This document shows positions 1-11,758 of a stretch of DNA of 64,000 nucleotides, one piece after another (the first letter of the stretch is position 1; each line of letters begins with the position of its first letter). The position numbers and the translations under genes are program-made. The notes beneath the pieces were generated by a model. The model saw only the letters and a list, made by a program, of their open reading frames with translations. It was not told the DNA's origin and ran no database searches. The stretch comes from Antedon mediterranea (taxonomy: Eukaryota; Animalia; Echinodermata), in NCBI RefSeq assembly GCF_964355755.1, contig NC_092678.1:14844371-14908370 (forward strand), in the 5' to 3' direction.

Positions 1-486
1 TATACTGTTACATACAGCTGACTGTTAGAGTACATTTCAGAGATGACGATGACGCATAGAAAACAGCCCTAAGAAATGAAAAAAAATCCGCCTGTGACGT
101 CACAACCGGAAACTTTTGTACAGGAGGAGATAGGAATTTTTGGGTTAATCGTCCACTGCGCCAAAACTATTTCGATATTAACTTATCCGCTTTACAGTTT
201 CATTCTTAAATCATTAATACATCGTAAATCGTTGAAATTATGGAATATTTCCTTCATTTTTTTTATATAAATTGATTTTTAATTTCGTTTTTCACGCTCA
301 TTTTCTCCGAAACATTCAGTCAAACCCTACACAAGCTAGGTACACGAACCGATAATACGCATGCGTCAGATACACTTTCTCGACTCGTTCGTTTGTTGTG
401 TATGGACGCCATTTATTTTTTCAATCGCTAGATAGCTTTACGTTTTATTTCTACTATATACTATCTAATGTTTACAATAATTTTAA

Positions 487-1733
487 ATGGATAGCGATAT
501 GTCGTCCTTATCGTCCTCGGCATCAGCCGAAGATGAGCATGATATTGTTGAAGTGAATTGGAGAGGAGTGTTTGAAAACGATCCAAGGGTGCCCGCTGGT
601 GGAGCGGAGGGAGAAGTGGGCCTACTCGGCGGCGATGCTGCACACCACCGAGATCGGGCTAGAGCACATGGATTCGCAGCGATGGGCCTACCACAAAATC
701 TTTATTTGAGACAAGGACGAGATTGGTAGGTATATTTATTTGTAAGTAAGTAAAGTGGTAGTCTAGGTTTGGGGATAAAAGTACTGTATAATTAATAAGG
801 CCTAAAACTATATATAGGCCTAGCCTAGCTAGTAGTAGGCCTAGCTAGTATTAATAATAATATCCTAGGCCTCCTAGTACTAGGCCTAGACTCTAGAGTA
901 CTACTAGGCTAGGGAGTCCCTAGGCTAGTAGGCCTAGCTAGTAGGCCTAGCTAGTATAGTAATATATAAATGCTTTATTTTAGGGCTAGTAAGTAGTAGA
1001 GTAGGCGTACTACTAACTAGTCTACTAGCCTAGCTAGGCCTAGACCTTCATATTTTAAGAAGTGAGACATTCTAACAACATAATCATATTCCTTCTTTTT
1101 CTACTACAGGTGTGGGTGTGGAAACTGTGTTGTAGAGGAGATGTGGGAAAATAGATATTGTTGTCAAGAAGTAAGCAGTGTTAAATTATGTTTTAAAATA
1201 AAATTGCTCCATATTAAAACTGTCATAACCATACATTTTTTATGATTGATAGTAAATAAATTCCATTAGTGAAAATATCACTTTTTTTTTAAATAAACAG
1301 GTAGAGAAAATAATGGATAAAAATAAGGAAAATGAACATAATGGATGTATCACCACCCATCCCTGGTTCCAAGCTGCCATTCTTAATCCGGCAACCCTCC
1401 AAATTGCGTATTGGCAGTATGCATCTCAATATGATGAACTCGTTGTGGAAGGAAGAAAAGAAAGGTAAACACCATGTTTTTGCAGTATAGTAATTTGTAA
1501 CTGATTTGCCTTTATTTTTATTCAAAAAATCATTTTCTACAAGGTATTTTTGTTTGCACACGAAATACAGGTATACAGCGTATCGACAGTTTGTGCGTTG
1601 GTGTTGGAGGTATCTTGGGCGAGACAGGCGTGTCCCAATTACATCCTGTGTAATAAATAAAATCAGAGAAGCTTTTCCTGACCCTGAACAAAATTATACA
1701 GGATTTACATATCCTCGATTGGATGAAGACTAG
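487..1733 (+). CDS. KolX-type accessory protein of a Kolobok transposon (P2X7 C-terminal 'ballast'/Nanor-like Cys-rich domain); 4 exons 487-725, 1110-1170, 1301-1464, 1544-1733, ~217 aa
   Basis: GT-AG exons splice in frame to WCGCGNC...CCQE...CITTHPWF...RYTAYRQFVRWCWRYLGRDRRVPITSCVINKIREAFP...YTGF; convergent with a THAP-DDE transposase. Confidence 0.85.
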
Positions 1734-2912
1734 TTTAGTTTATTTTATGAATTAACACTCCATATAAATACAAATCTATGTACAGTAGTTCCTGCCGTAT
1801 AAAAATAAATGTACAGTAGTTACCTTATGAATAAATACCTGTTTTTTTTTTGTGAACAACAAAAGCATGCATGTCAAAATACAATGAACTAAAACAAAGG
1901 AATAAATTAACAACTAAACAATTCTTTTTCTCCGAGATATAAAATCAGTGATCAAGGTAGTGATAAAATAAAAATATTCTAAATTTATGACACAAGTTCT
2001 GTGAAGCAGTGTAAAGTTAATGCTTAAATCTAGAGATTAACTTTGCAACAAAGTCTGTCTTGTCTGGTTTTGGCAGTTTTTCTGTAATTGTACCAGGATC
2101 ACACATCATTTCTGCCGTGTAATATGATCCTTTTGTATTAGTTTTGGCCATATACATCGCCATTTCAATGGTGTTGATGGCATAAACTGCAAAGACAAAA
2201 ATATTACTGTTTAATGTAATAGGATATTTAACTATTTTATAAATTAGCAAAATGTGGGATCAACAAGATGTTTTTTGGCCACCCAGTCCTTTTTTGCCCG
2301 GGAATACCACAAAGAGTGTTCTGTGTCCCCTTTTTTGTTGACCCTTTGTGGCCTGCCAACATTCTCATTGCAATGCAAGGCTGCAAGGTAGGTTCTGAAG
2401 TAAATGCACAATATAGAATTACAACACATTACATTGATTGTTAAAGGCTTCAGGCTTAATTAGTGTAAATCATAGATTATAAAGACCTTACTTAATTGGT
2501 TCTCTATCATTAAATTATACAATATGCTATTCTATCAAATTATACCTTGCAAGCATGCCCTTAAACCGGAAATGGTGCATTTTTGGCGCAAAATGATTAA
2601 TAATTTGATGAAACGATTCATTTGAATAAGTCTGGATAGTCGGTGACAACTGCTTAATAGATCTCAACAAATAAGGTGAATTCAGGATGTTTGAAACTAC
2701 TTCTTCGGCTTTTGAATCTGGAAAAAAAAAATATAAATTTTAGCAAAATAAAAAAAAACTGTCGATAATCTTCACCAAAATCAATACTACAACTTACTTG
2801 GTTGAATGTAGTCTCGAGGTTCCAGCTCTCCATGAAGGCATTTGGGATATAGTGTGATTTCGTGATTATGAATACCCCGTATGTGATTATATATGCTTTG
2901 GAATTTTTGCTT

Positions 2913-3321
2913 CCTCTACCTTTTTTGTAACAGTGAAGGGGCCTTGCCATTTACTGTCTAACTTACTATTTCCTACTGGAAGGAATATCAACACTTTGTC
3001 CCCTTCTACAAATTATCTATCAATAGCATTCTTGTTATATTTGTGGGACATAATTTCTTGTTGTTCAAGTTTGTTTACATTAGCATCTTTCATTAATTCC
3101 TCAATTTTTTCTCTTATTTGTAACATGTATTTGATAATATCAGTAGATGTTTCTTCATCTTCTACCCAATTACTTTTGAGTAAACTCAAGGGTCCCCTCA
3201 CCTCTCTACCATAAAGCAATTTAAAAGGTGAATGGCCCGTCGCTTTACTAGGAACTTCTCTGTATGCAAACAGAAAGGGGGTATGTAGTTATCCCAATTT
3301 TTTCTTTGCTTAACTGTAAGT
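2913..3321 (-). pseudogene. C-terminal part of the Gypsy integrase
   Basis: Removing the insertion restores IRTLTVKQRKNWDNYIP / FLFAYREVP...GHSPFKLLYGREVRGPL...GDKVLIFLP...KWQGPF, with a frameshift and a stop. Confidence 0.85.
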
Positions 3322-5991
3322 AGGTATCCCAATAAAAAAATTCAGATTAATTTTTTTACATTTTCTTTCAGTTAACCATAAAGAACTTAATGTAATTAGC
3401 ATTTTGCGATTTAAATGATTGAAATCCGATTACCCGTTCTAAAGTTATGGTTATTTAAAGTGGTAAAAAAATATACGATTTTTTGCCTAAAAATGGTGTT
3501 TTTTGCAGTTGAAATTGGAAGCATTTTTAAAAGGTTATAACTTTTACAATAATTAGTTAAAAGTTTTGAATTTTGTTAAACCTATAGATATCACAGAGTT
3601 GTACAACTCTATTTTTTTTGGAGCCTCAACGAAACCTATTTTTTAAATTATTGGTCCGCAAAGTGGTAGGAAAGCATTTAACGCCCATTTTTGCTGGAAT
3701 TCCCTAAAAAATGAAAAAACTGCAATTTTTCAATGATCTGTAACTTTTGAACTACTGTACTAATTCATTTAATTTTTTTTGTACTTGTTAGAATGTAGTG
3801 TATATTTCATTAATAAATATATTTTAGATGTGTATATGAAAAAAAAAAATTTTTTTAATGGTGAAATTTAAAATTATAAAAAGAAAAAATGAAAAAGTAT
3901 GTTAAAAACGGTGTGTACTGTTTCCTTTCTTTTACACTAATTTTCGGTAAGTATAATTATTAGAATATTTTAATATACTTTATATTTATAATTTCAATCA
4001 TAAATACTATTATATATAACTTTTGAATACGTAAAACAAGATTTTAGGCCCATATGATTATGACACCAAATCTAAGCTAAGTAAGATATGCTCTTTTTAA
4101 CGCACAATATGGGTCAAAATAAACTCATTTAAAATAATCAATGTTAATTAAAACAATTAATTGTTTACCTGAATAGTATATATAACATTATAAAAATTGT
4201 TTTCTTTTCGTATTACGTTATTAAATTGAAATACGGAGCTAAAGTTTAGGCCAAGTCACGGCTTACTCGCGATCAGTAGTCGCTCCGTTAAAGTATTTCG
4301 GTCGCAGTTAATGACTTTCGGCCGCCGTATACAGAGTCAAATTTAACGTTGGTAAATTAGCTTAATAAATTTCCTCGGTACATTTTAACCTAACGCATTT
4401 GCATTGTATACTTGCATAATAAATCTTCCGCACATTACATCAATTTTAAGTTGTTAAATTAATGTGTAAAACCAGATATTCTACGACGGAAAAGGACCAC
4501 GGCTGTTTCATAGCGACATAAAGTAGTGAGCCCTCAGGCGGCGAAATTGAAATATTTTTTAAATTGGGGGCGCTATACGCACGTGGGCGCACGTTGTTTT
4601 TTTCCGCGAAAATATATTACATCATCTTTCATGAACGAATCAGACGCCTTATTTGCTTAAATCGTTGAGATTTTTCATGAATATTCATTAGAGTGACCTG
4701 GATTTTGTAGGAATCGATTTTGTGGGACGTGCAGTTTGAAGCATGTGATGGTGGTGAGTAGTTGAAATTGGTTGAGTATTTTTATGTTTTTTTGTTGTTT
4801 TTTTTAATGGTTATGGCAAAAATGGCACTGCGTGTCTATTGAATTTTTTTAAGATGCAAAGTGTACATTTTTTGATACATGAATAGTAAAAGGAACCAAC
4901 AGTATTAAAATTGTTTTAACGGCAAAGCTAGTTCTAGTTCACCAACGCCTCAAGAACCACTATCCTATAGCTATAAAAAAACCACGTGTGGCCGCCTAGG
5001 CTATAATGATGGATTCTGTATTTTAAGAAAAGTTGATAAGACATTACAATAACAATACAAGTATAAACCATTAAAATCAACTGCACTGTGGCCTGCCTAG
5101 CCTCTATCTAGCTATAGGCCTTTTTAGGCCTAGGCCTACAGTAGGTCTAGCATTTTTAGGCATACTAGGCCTATTATTAACTAAGCCTAGGCCTAGCCTT
5201 TTTAGGCCTAGGTCTAGCAATGTTAGGCCTAGTTAGCCTAGTACTTACTACTTAGTCTTTTTTAGGCTAATTTTTTTTTGTGGCGTTAACCACTATTTAT
5301 TCATTTCATCTTCAACAGATTAATACAATTATTTCTAATAATAACTATTTCATTTTTATTCTTACTTTTGTTTGGTTTATATATATATTATTACAGAACA
5401 TTGATATTTCTTTTTCTGTTAGCCACCTTTTTTCATAACTTTCTAATATTTTTTTTTGTTCTATAATTCTCAACCTCTAAAAACACATAACTAATAAATG
5501 TAGAGTATACATTTACTAATGTTATATAATTATTTTCGGTTTTTTGATTATACCCTATATACAGACTATACATAATTTTAAAATAAATATGAATATAAAA
5601 AATAACAAAAATATTAAAAATGCTTTTCTTACTCCTGTGTCTAGTTTATGTCTCATGGTTATATTTGTTTGCATATCTTCTCGTGCGTTACTTATGTTGC
5701 GTTGCGTTTCTTTTTTGTTTCAATATTAATTTATACAATTTTGTAAATTCATACAAGATAAAATGAAATCGCCTATGGGTATTATACAACAATATTATGT
5801 AAATGTCTATTTTTAGGCTAATTACTATCAACAGTTAAACCTGCATCCTTGCCAAGTACTCCTCAGTTTACTCTTCAACATCTATGTATTTAAAAAAAAT
5901 ATAGTGAAATAAAATTAATTTAGTGTTTCTTACACTTACAGGTATAATTGAACTGTCACAAATCTGTTATTTAATCAAAACAATTATTAAA

Positions 5992-8900
5992 TCAAGTTAA
6001 AATTATTTTCATACCTTTTTTTTTCCTTTTAGGTTGAACAACTTTCGCTTGGACGTCTGGCTGACAGAATGTTATATGTGATTTCATCACTGATAAGGCT
6101 TGGGCAAGGCCACTTCTCATGCCACCAACTACTCTCTTTCTCCTGTTGAATGATGCATGGATGAGCTCACCGCCCTGTTCACTATGCAAGCCAAGACCGA
6201 CTTTCAAACGCCGCAACTGGTCAACAACATGATGTTCCAACATGTGAAGTTTTGGAGTTATAGAAAATCCATTTTCACGATAAGTTTTTAAAAATTCTTG
6301 GATGTTTAATTCTTGAAAAACAAAAAGCAATGTATTGTTTTTTTTTATCTCTTTATTGGTTCATAACAAGAACAGGAGAATTTGAGTGGAGTAAGAATGT
6401 AAGAAAAAGAACGCTGAAAATAGTAATATGGTCACCTGTTCCGTTTAAATAAAAACACACCATCTAAGATCGCACTCGAAGAGGCTCAGAGAAAGAGAAT
6501 AGATGGCAATTGATGACATACTGAGTGGCGAACACAAGTGAGTCGTGCAATGTTTAACAACGTTTAGCATTTAAGATGATGATGATGATTGGTTCATCAA
6601 TGTTGGTCATCTATTTTAATGGTTACGGCAAAAATGGCACTGTGTGTCTATTGAATTTTTTTTCTATTGATCATCTATTTTTTTAAACTTACCAACATTG
6701 TTGATTTCATCATCGGTCATGGATTGTGTGTGATTAATATTTCCATGAATGTTGGCGAATTGTGTAAATAATGAACAAAATTTGAACTTGGCTGTTTTTG
6801 CCTTTTCTTCTAGACGCTTTACATGGGCGATGGGAATGTCAAACTCGGTTTCTGCTAGTTGTCTGACCGGCTCTTCAACCAACTGATGGATAACTTTTTC
6901 CTGTAAGTAAATCAATAACACTTAAGCTTCACAATATATTATAATTTTTGTTATTATTATTATTATCACACTTATGTTTTATCATTTCTCTTTTCTTTAT
7001 GGCATTTAATAAGACAGCAACACAATTTCCCAAGTTGGGATGAATAAAGTTTCCTTGTATCCTTGTATAATAATAAAATAACATGAAAAAAAGGAAAACT
7101 TCCAATGTAATAACTGTACCTTGCAGCATTTATGGACATGGTTTCCAATAAAACTCTTCCCATTGTATGCCTGTCTGGCTACACCATGCTGGCCTAAAAC
7201 ATTATCAAGTCCAGCAACAAGTGGCCCACATCCATATTTCAATCCAGTGTTCAAATTTTTTTCCTATAATTAAAAACACAACATATACAAAATAAATATA
7301 CAGTACATATAGAATATGTTGTACACTGGCCTGTAAATGTTAACCTATATAAAGTAATTTAAAAAAAAAGAACCTACAAGAGCTTTGATTTCTTCCTTAA
7401 GTTTAGCAAGTTCTTTTAATTTCCTTTCGATGTCTTCAGTCATGGTAGCATTTTGCCTAATGAATGCCAAAGGCAGATTTTCTTCAAGGTCAATGATTTG
7501 TTTCTTCTTTGCCTCAATCTTTACCTTGGTGTCCACTTTTAAGTTTGCAGCTGCCTCAATGTCTTGCTCAAATTTTGTGGTTCCATCACTAAGGTTTCCT
7601 TGTGACAGCTCAAAAATTTCATGGTCTATTGCATTGATTTCCGCCTCATACATATCGAATAATTTCTTGTAGACACCAAGGGAAATATGCAAACTTGGTA
7701 CAGAAACCTGTGCATACAAAATAATAGTTTATAAAATATTTTAAATTATTATATGTTACTCGGATATAATGGATAATTCATTTTTAAAACTTACATGGTC
7801 AATTTCAATTCTTAAAAGAGACTTTCGGTTAACACTGTGTGAAATCTCCTTGGCTAACTCCTCCACCTCCCCATGCTCTACAAAGTTGGAATAGTCCTTA
7901 TCGAGACTAAGCAAGGTTCTGCTTTCACATTTTCCATCTGTTTGCATTTCCTGTTTTGTACTGTGACAGAAAAGGCAGCAATAGCGAGCTAAAAAGTTAA
8001 AATATATAACTAGTTAGATCAAATTTGTTTGTATCTAATTTTTTGTTTCTTTTTTTTTCAGCGAAAATAATTCTAAAGGAGGAAGAAGAACGAATTATTC
8101 AAAAGAAAGAAGTTTCCGTATGTACATACCATTTGCTCCTTTCACACCATAAATTTTCGTTAGGAATTCATAGTCCCCAAAAGCGAATAAACGAATTGGA
8201 AACCCCCTAAAATCAAACAATAATTTCATTTATTCAACAAATTTAATCAAATATGTAAACAAACTTATTATTATACAGTACAGTACAGTATACAGTAGTA
8301 TACATACCTCCATGTATCTCCACTTAGTTGCATGATTTTGTTTGCAACACTCGGCAAAGTTAAATTTATGTTGTGCATCGTATCCGGTCCTTCAAACAAG
8401 AGAACAACAATGATGTTCTTTACTGCATTTGGACTGCAGACATTGCAGATTTGAATTTCAAATTTGGTGGAGCCGCCACCTTTATCCCCTCCAAATTTCA
8501 ACCATATTTCACCCACATCTAGGTTTAGATTGTTTAGGCTAAAATGAAAAGACACATTTATAAATTACAGAGATTATTGACAGTTATAGTTTTCAACTAA
8601 TGCAGCCAAAAAAAATGTATATATACCTGTAATGTTGGTCCAGTTGCGAAAAAATTAATTTTCTAATATCGGATACCTGAACAACAGGACTGTCTTTGAT
8701 TAAAAATCCATCTACGGAATTGGGGGAAGTACTTGAAAAAAAAAGTGGCTCGAGTCTTCCCTCCAAGTTGCCGTCGATCAGTTGTTGTTGGCGTAAGCGC
8801 ATCTTTCTTTCGGATACGAGCACATTGTTGCCAATGTATCTAGCACAAATGACAAATTAAAAAACATTTTTAAAAATTGCAAAACCGTTTATTTGCAGTA

Positions 8901-10121
8901 TATATTTACTAATACTTCTTTATAATTATTACCTTCTTAGTTTCCGAAGCTGGTCCCAAGCCAGATGGCAATCTCCGAGAATGGCAAGGCACTCATCAAC
9001 ATCAGGTCGACTGTTACATGAAGCTGTGTCCAGTAAAGATGCATCAGTACATTGCAGTTCATGTAACTGTTGCGCCTTACTTCCACCTTTGCTCACTCTG
9101 TTTCTATTTGTTGCTATTTCTCTGGTGCGTCGTTGGAGAGTTCGTTGGCCAACTTCATCGCTATTCTTGGTTGGGTTAGTTGCGACTGAAACTCTTAATG
9201 GCTGTAGTGACGATAATTATATGAAGTTAAGTTCAAATGTTTAGCTATAATACAGAAATAAATTATTACTAATTATTATAATAACACAATTCTTACCCTT
9301 CCTGGAGTAGATATCAAAGTTTCGCCATCGTTTTCTTTAAGAGTTCTCCACAGAACCTTGTCGGCTAACCGCTGTACATTTTCAGGTATTGGTCCACATT
9401 GTATTTCATTATTAATTATGTCAATGGCATTAGTTAAGGACTGGTGTGCTGTAACTTGCTTACCTCTGCAGACATGGTTTAGAGCATCGTTTTTAAAAAC
9501 TTGTTCACAGTTGATGCAAATAAATTCCAAAGATTGTAAGGCATTTTTAGCAATTAAGGTAGGCTTTTTAAGTTCGTTTAGCCTGAAAGGTGACATGCAA
9601 ACAATACACAAACATGAATCTACCTGAAGAGTACAAAACAGGTTGGACAGACATTTAACACAGAAGTGATGTCCACAAGGTGTTACCAGATTGTCTAATG
9701 AAATAATTGATTGACAAAGGTAGCATTTGTAAATATTTCCAAATGTGTCATCTTTTAATTCAAATTCATTTTCATTTGTAATTTCATTGGTAATGAATAG
9801 ATCATTAAAAATAATTTTTTTCTGTTTTCTACCAGGTCGCTGTTGTTGTGTATATATGTAGCATGTGTAGCATGCTTCATCAGTATGTTGTTGCCAATTA
9901 TGAAATATTTTTATTGGTTGCAATTTGTACGATAGAGTTTGACAAGTATTGCACATAAATTGGGGATGAGTATCTTCTTTCTCTAAATTTGGATTAATTT
10001 GAATGAACTTTAGTATTTCTGATTTTAAATTTGACACTGGATAGCGAATTAATGTTTTTGATTTTAATTTTCTTCCACAGATTCTACATAACTGCGAAAG
10101 TGCAGTAGTGTGGTACTCCAT
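5992..10121 (-). CDS. Chapaev-type transposase with RAG1-like N-terminal Zn domain and RING finger; exons 10121-9297, 9201-8933, 8839-8627, 8538-8308, 8206-8130, 7988-7795, 7707-7378, 7263-7120, 6900-6693, 6311-5992; ~936 aa
   Basis: All GT-AG junctions are phase-compatible with no stop seen. H-x7-CRICG...HP...CNTC...WQQH...CYTC; C3HC4 RING; core motifs FGGDKGGG, FGDYEF, CCLFC, LHISLG, TPKLHMLEHH, SEQGGELIH. Confidence 0.88.
6365..6587 (+). mobile_element. 5'-truncated RTE-like LINE fragment in the last Chapaev intron
   Basis: 10-bp TSD ATTGGTTCAT (6355-6364, 6588-6597); (GAT)n tail; degenerate peptide WSKNVRKR...YGHLFRL..TPSKIALEEA. Confidence 0.7.
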
Positions 10122-11758
10122 AATGTATTAGATTAAGTATTATAATAGCCTAGAGTAGGCCCAGCCAGGCCTAGAATAGGCCTACTTTAGGTATATAAAT
10201 TCAAAAATAATGTTGCTTATATCACAGATAATAAATATAAATTTATGTTTGAAAATAAGGCTAGTGTACTGATGTTTAAATCACAAGAATAATTTTAGTA
10301 AAATGGACAAATGTACTGTAATTAATACACAAAACTATCTATGTAGGCCATAGAGTGGTAATAAAGTTCACAAATTACAATGACACAGGCCGTCACAGTG
10401 ATTAAAACAGCCTTTATATATGCCTAAATTAAAAATATTTTCGGGTTTGCCGTTAATCTGAATTTTGGCAACGTAATACCTGAATAGTTGAAGCTAACGT
10501 TTTGTTGAACAAATCGTCGAAAAAAAATTCGGTGCACTGACTAGCAGACAACAAATATTACAAACTTTGCGCTCTAAAATGAGGGCGCTATTTATTATTG
10601 TTATCGGCGATTTTTTCAAGTATAATGTGTTTAATAAAATAACGATTAATTATGTCTACAGACATAAATGTCGTTATATGCTTATCATTTAATGTTCTTG
10701 ACAACTTAATAAAACAAGTAATAGGAGCAATATTTGATATTTTGTGATTTATTTTTCAATTCAATATACAAATATAACACTGTATTATGCGTTCAGATCG
10801 TGAAGAGAACTGTGTTACGTTGCTAAGGATCGCGACGCGTGGGGGCGTGAGGCGAGAGGCGCGCTAGAAAAAAAAAGGAAAAGCGCGTTGTAAACACTTA
10901 ATGTCGCGCTGTACGTGCATTGAAACAGCCGTGGGACATGTCAATCTCCGACATCGCTGCTGTCACACATCTCGCGTCGAGCCGGTCGAACTCGAGCGAG
11001 GAAAACTAAACAACGTGTTCAAAATATGGAACGTACCATTCGCTGATAGGGTGCATTAATGTATTTAACGGAAAACGCCACAACAAACACGCGCGTATTT
11101 TAGAGTACAATATTTTACTCACTACAATATTCACCGGATTATAATGGTTGGATCTTTAAAATTTTGAACGGGATTTACGCCTCATGCACCATTTTAAAAT
11201 GTAGTTCGCTCAATTACCATACACAATACGTTTGTAAACTATGTTTTATCGATTTCAATGTAGATTTAGCTATAATTTAATACCAAAATCCATAATATTT
11301 TTCCATAAACGGTGAATCAAAATTGGATTTTTGTCACAAAAATTGACTTTTCGTTACGAAAAACCTCTTTATAGAAGACGATTTTCGTATCAAATTAAAG
11401 CTTATTTTAAGCCTGATAACATACAACAAAAATTAATCCGCTAGCTCCAATGGTAATCGTGCGATCGTGTTTTGAAAACTGATGGGGATTTTCCGATGAG
11501 TTTTTCAACGCGCGGAAATCGGCTCGACGGGATTTTAGAACCGTTTTAAAATCGCATTTTCTCGGCAACTAATTCATTAATTTTAATTATAAACACACTT
11601 ATACAAAGATTAAAACAAGTACTTTCAAACAATATAAATTTTGTAAGTATTAATTAAGATTGAATACGATTTATTTAACATCAAAGTCATACTACTTTTT
11701 CGAATTTCGTCAATATTTCAAAAGTGATACCCCTCTGTGCGCTTTCATTGGGATACCT

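Larger units (their letters stand above)
4498..10933 (-). mobile_element. Complete Chapaev-type (CMC/RAG1-Transib-related) DNA transposon
   Basis: 13-bp perfect TIR CACGGCTGTTTCA / TGAAACAGCCGTG; 4-bp TSD GGAC at 4494-4497 and 10934-10937; encloses an intact transposase gene. Confidence 0.9.
3322..11758. mobile_element. Non-autonomous TIR DNA transposon (~2 kb without the nested Chapaev) inserted in the Gypsy integrase
   Basis: TIR AGGTATCCCAAT / ATTGGGATACCT; direct repeat ACTGTAAGT at 3313-3321 and 11759-11767. Confidence 0.85.

Noticed and set aside
487-1733. P2X7 receptor gene
   Set aside because: No transmembrane or ATP-binding ectodomain exons; only the Cys-rich C-terminal-like domain in a transposon context
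5992-10121. True RAG1 / ProtoRAG (RAG1L-RAG2L) locus
   Set aside because: Core motifs (GGDKGGG, GDYEF, SEQGGE) differ from RAG1/Transib consensus, the TSD is 4 bp not 5 bp, and no RAG2-like kelch/PHD exons were found
11710-11758. C-terminus GIPMKAHRGVSLLKY of the 781-aa ORF
   Set aside because: Read-through into the inserted TIR element; the real integrase continues at 3312
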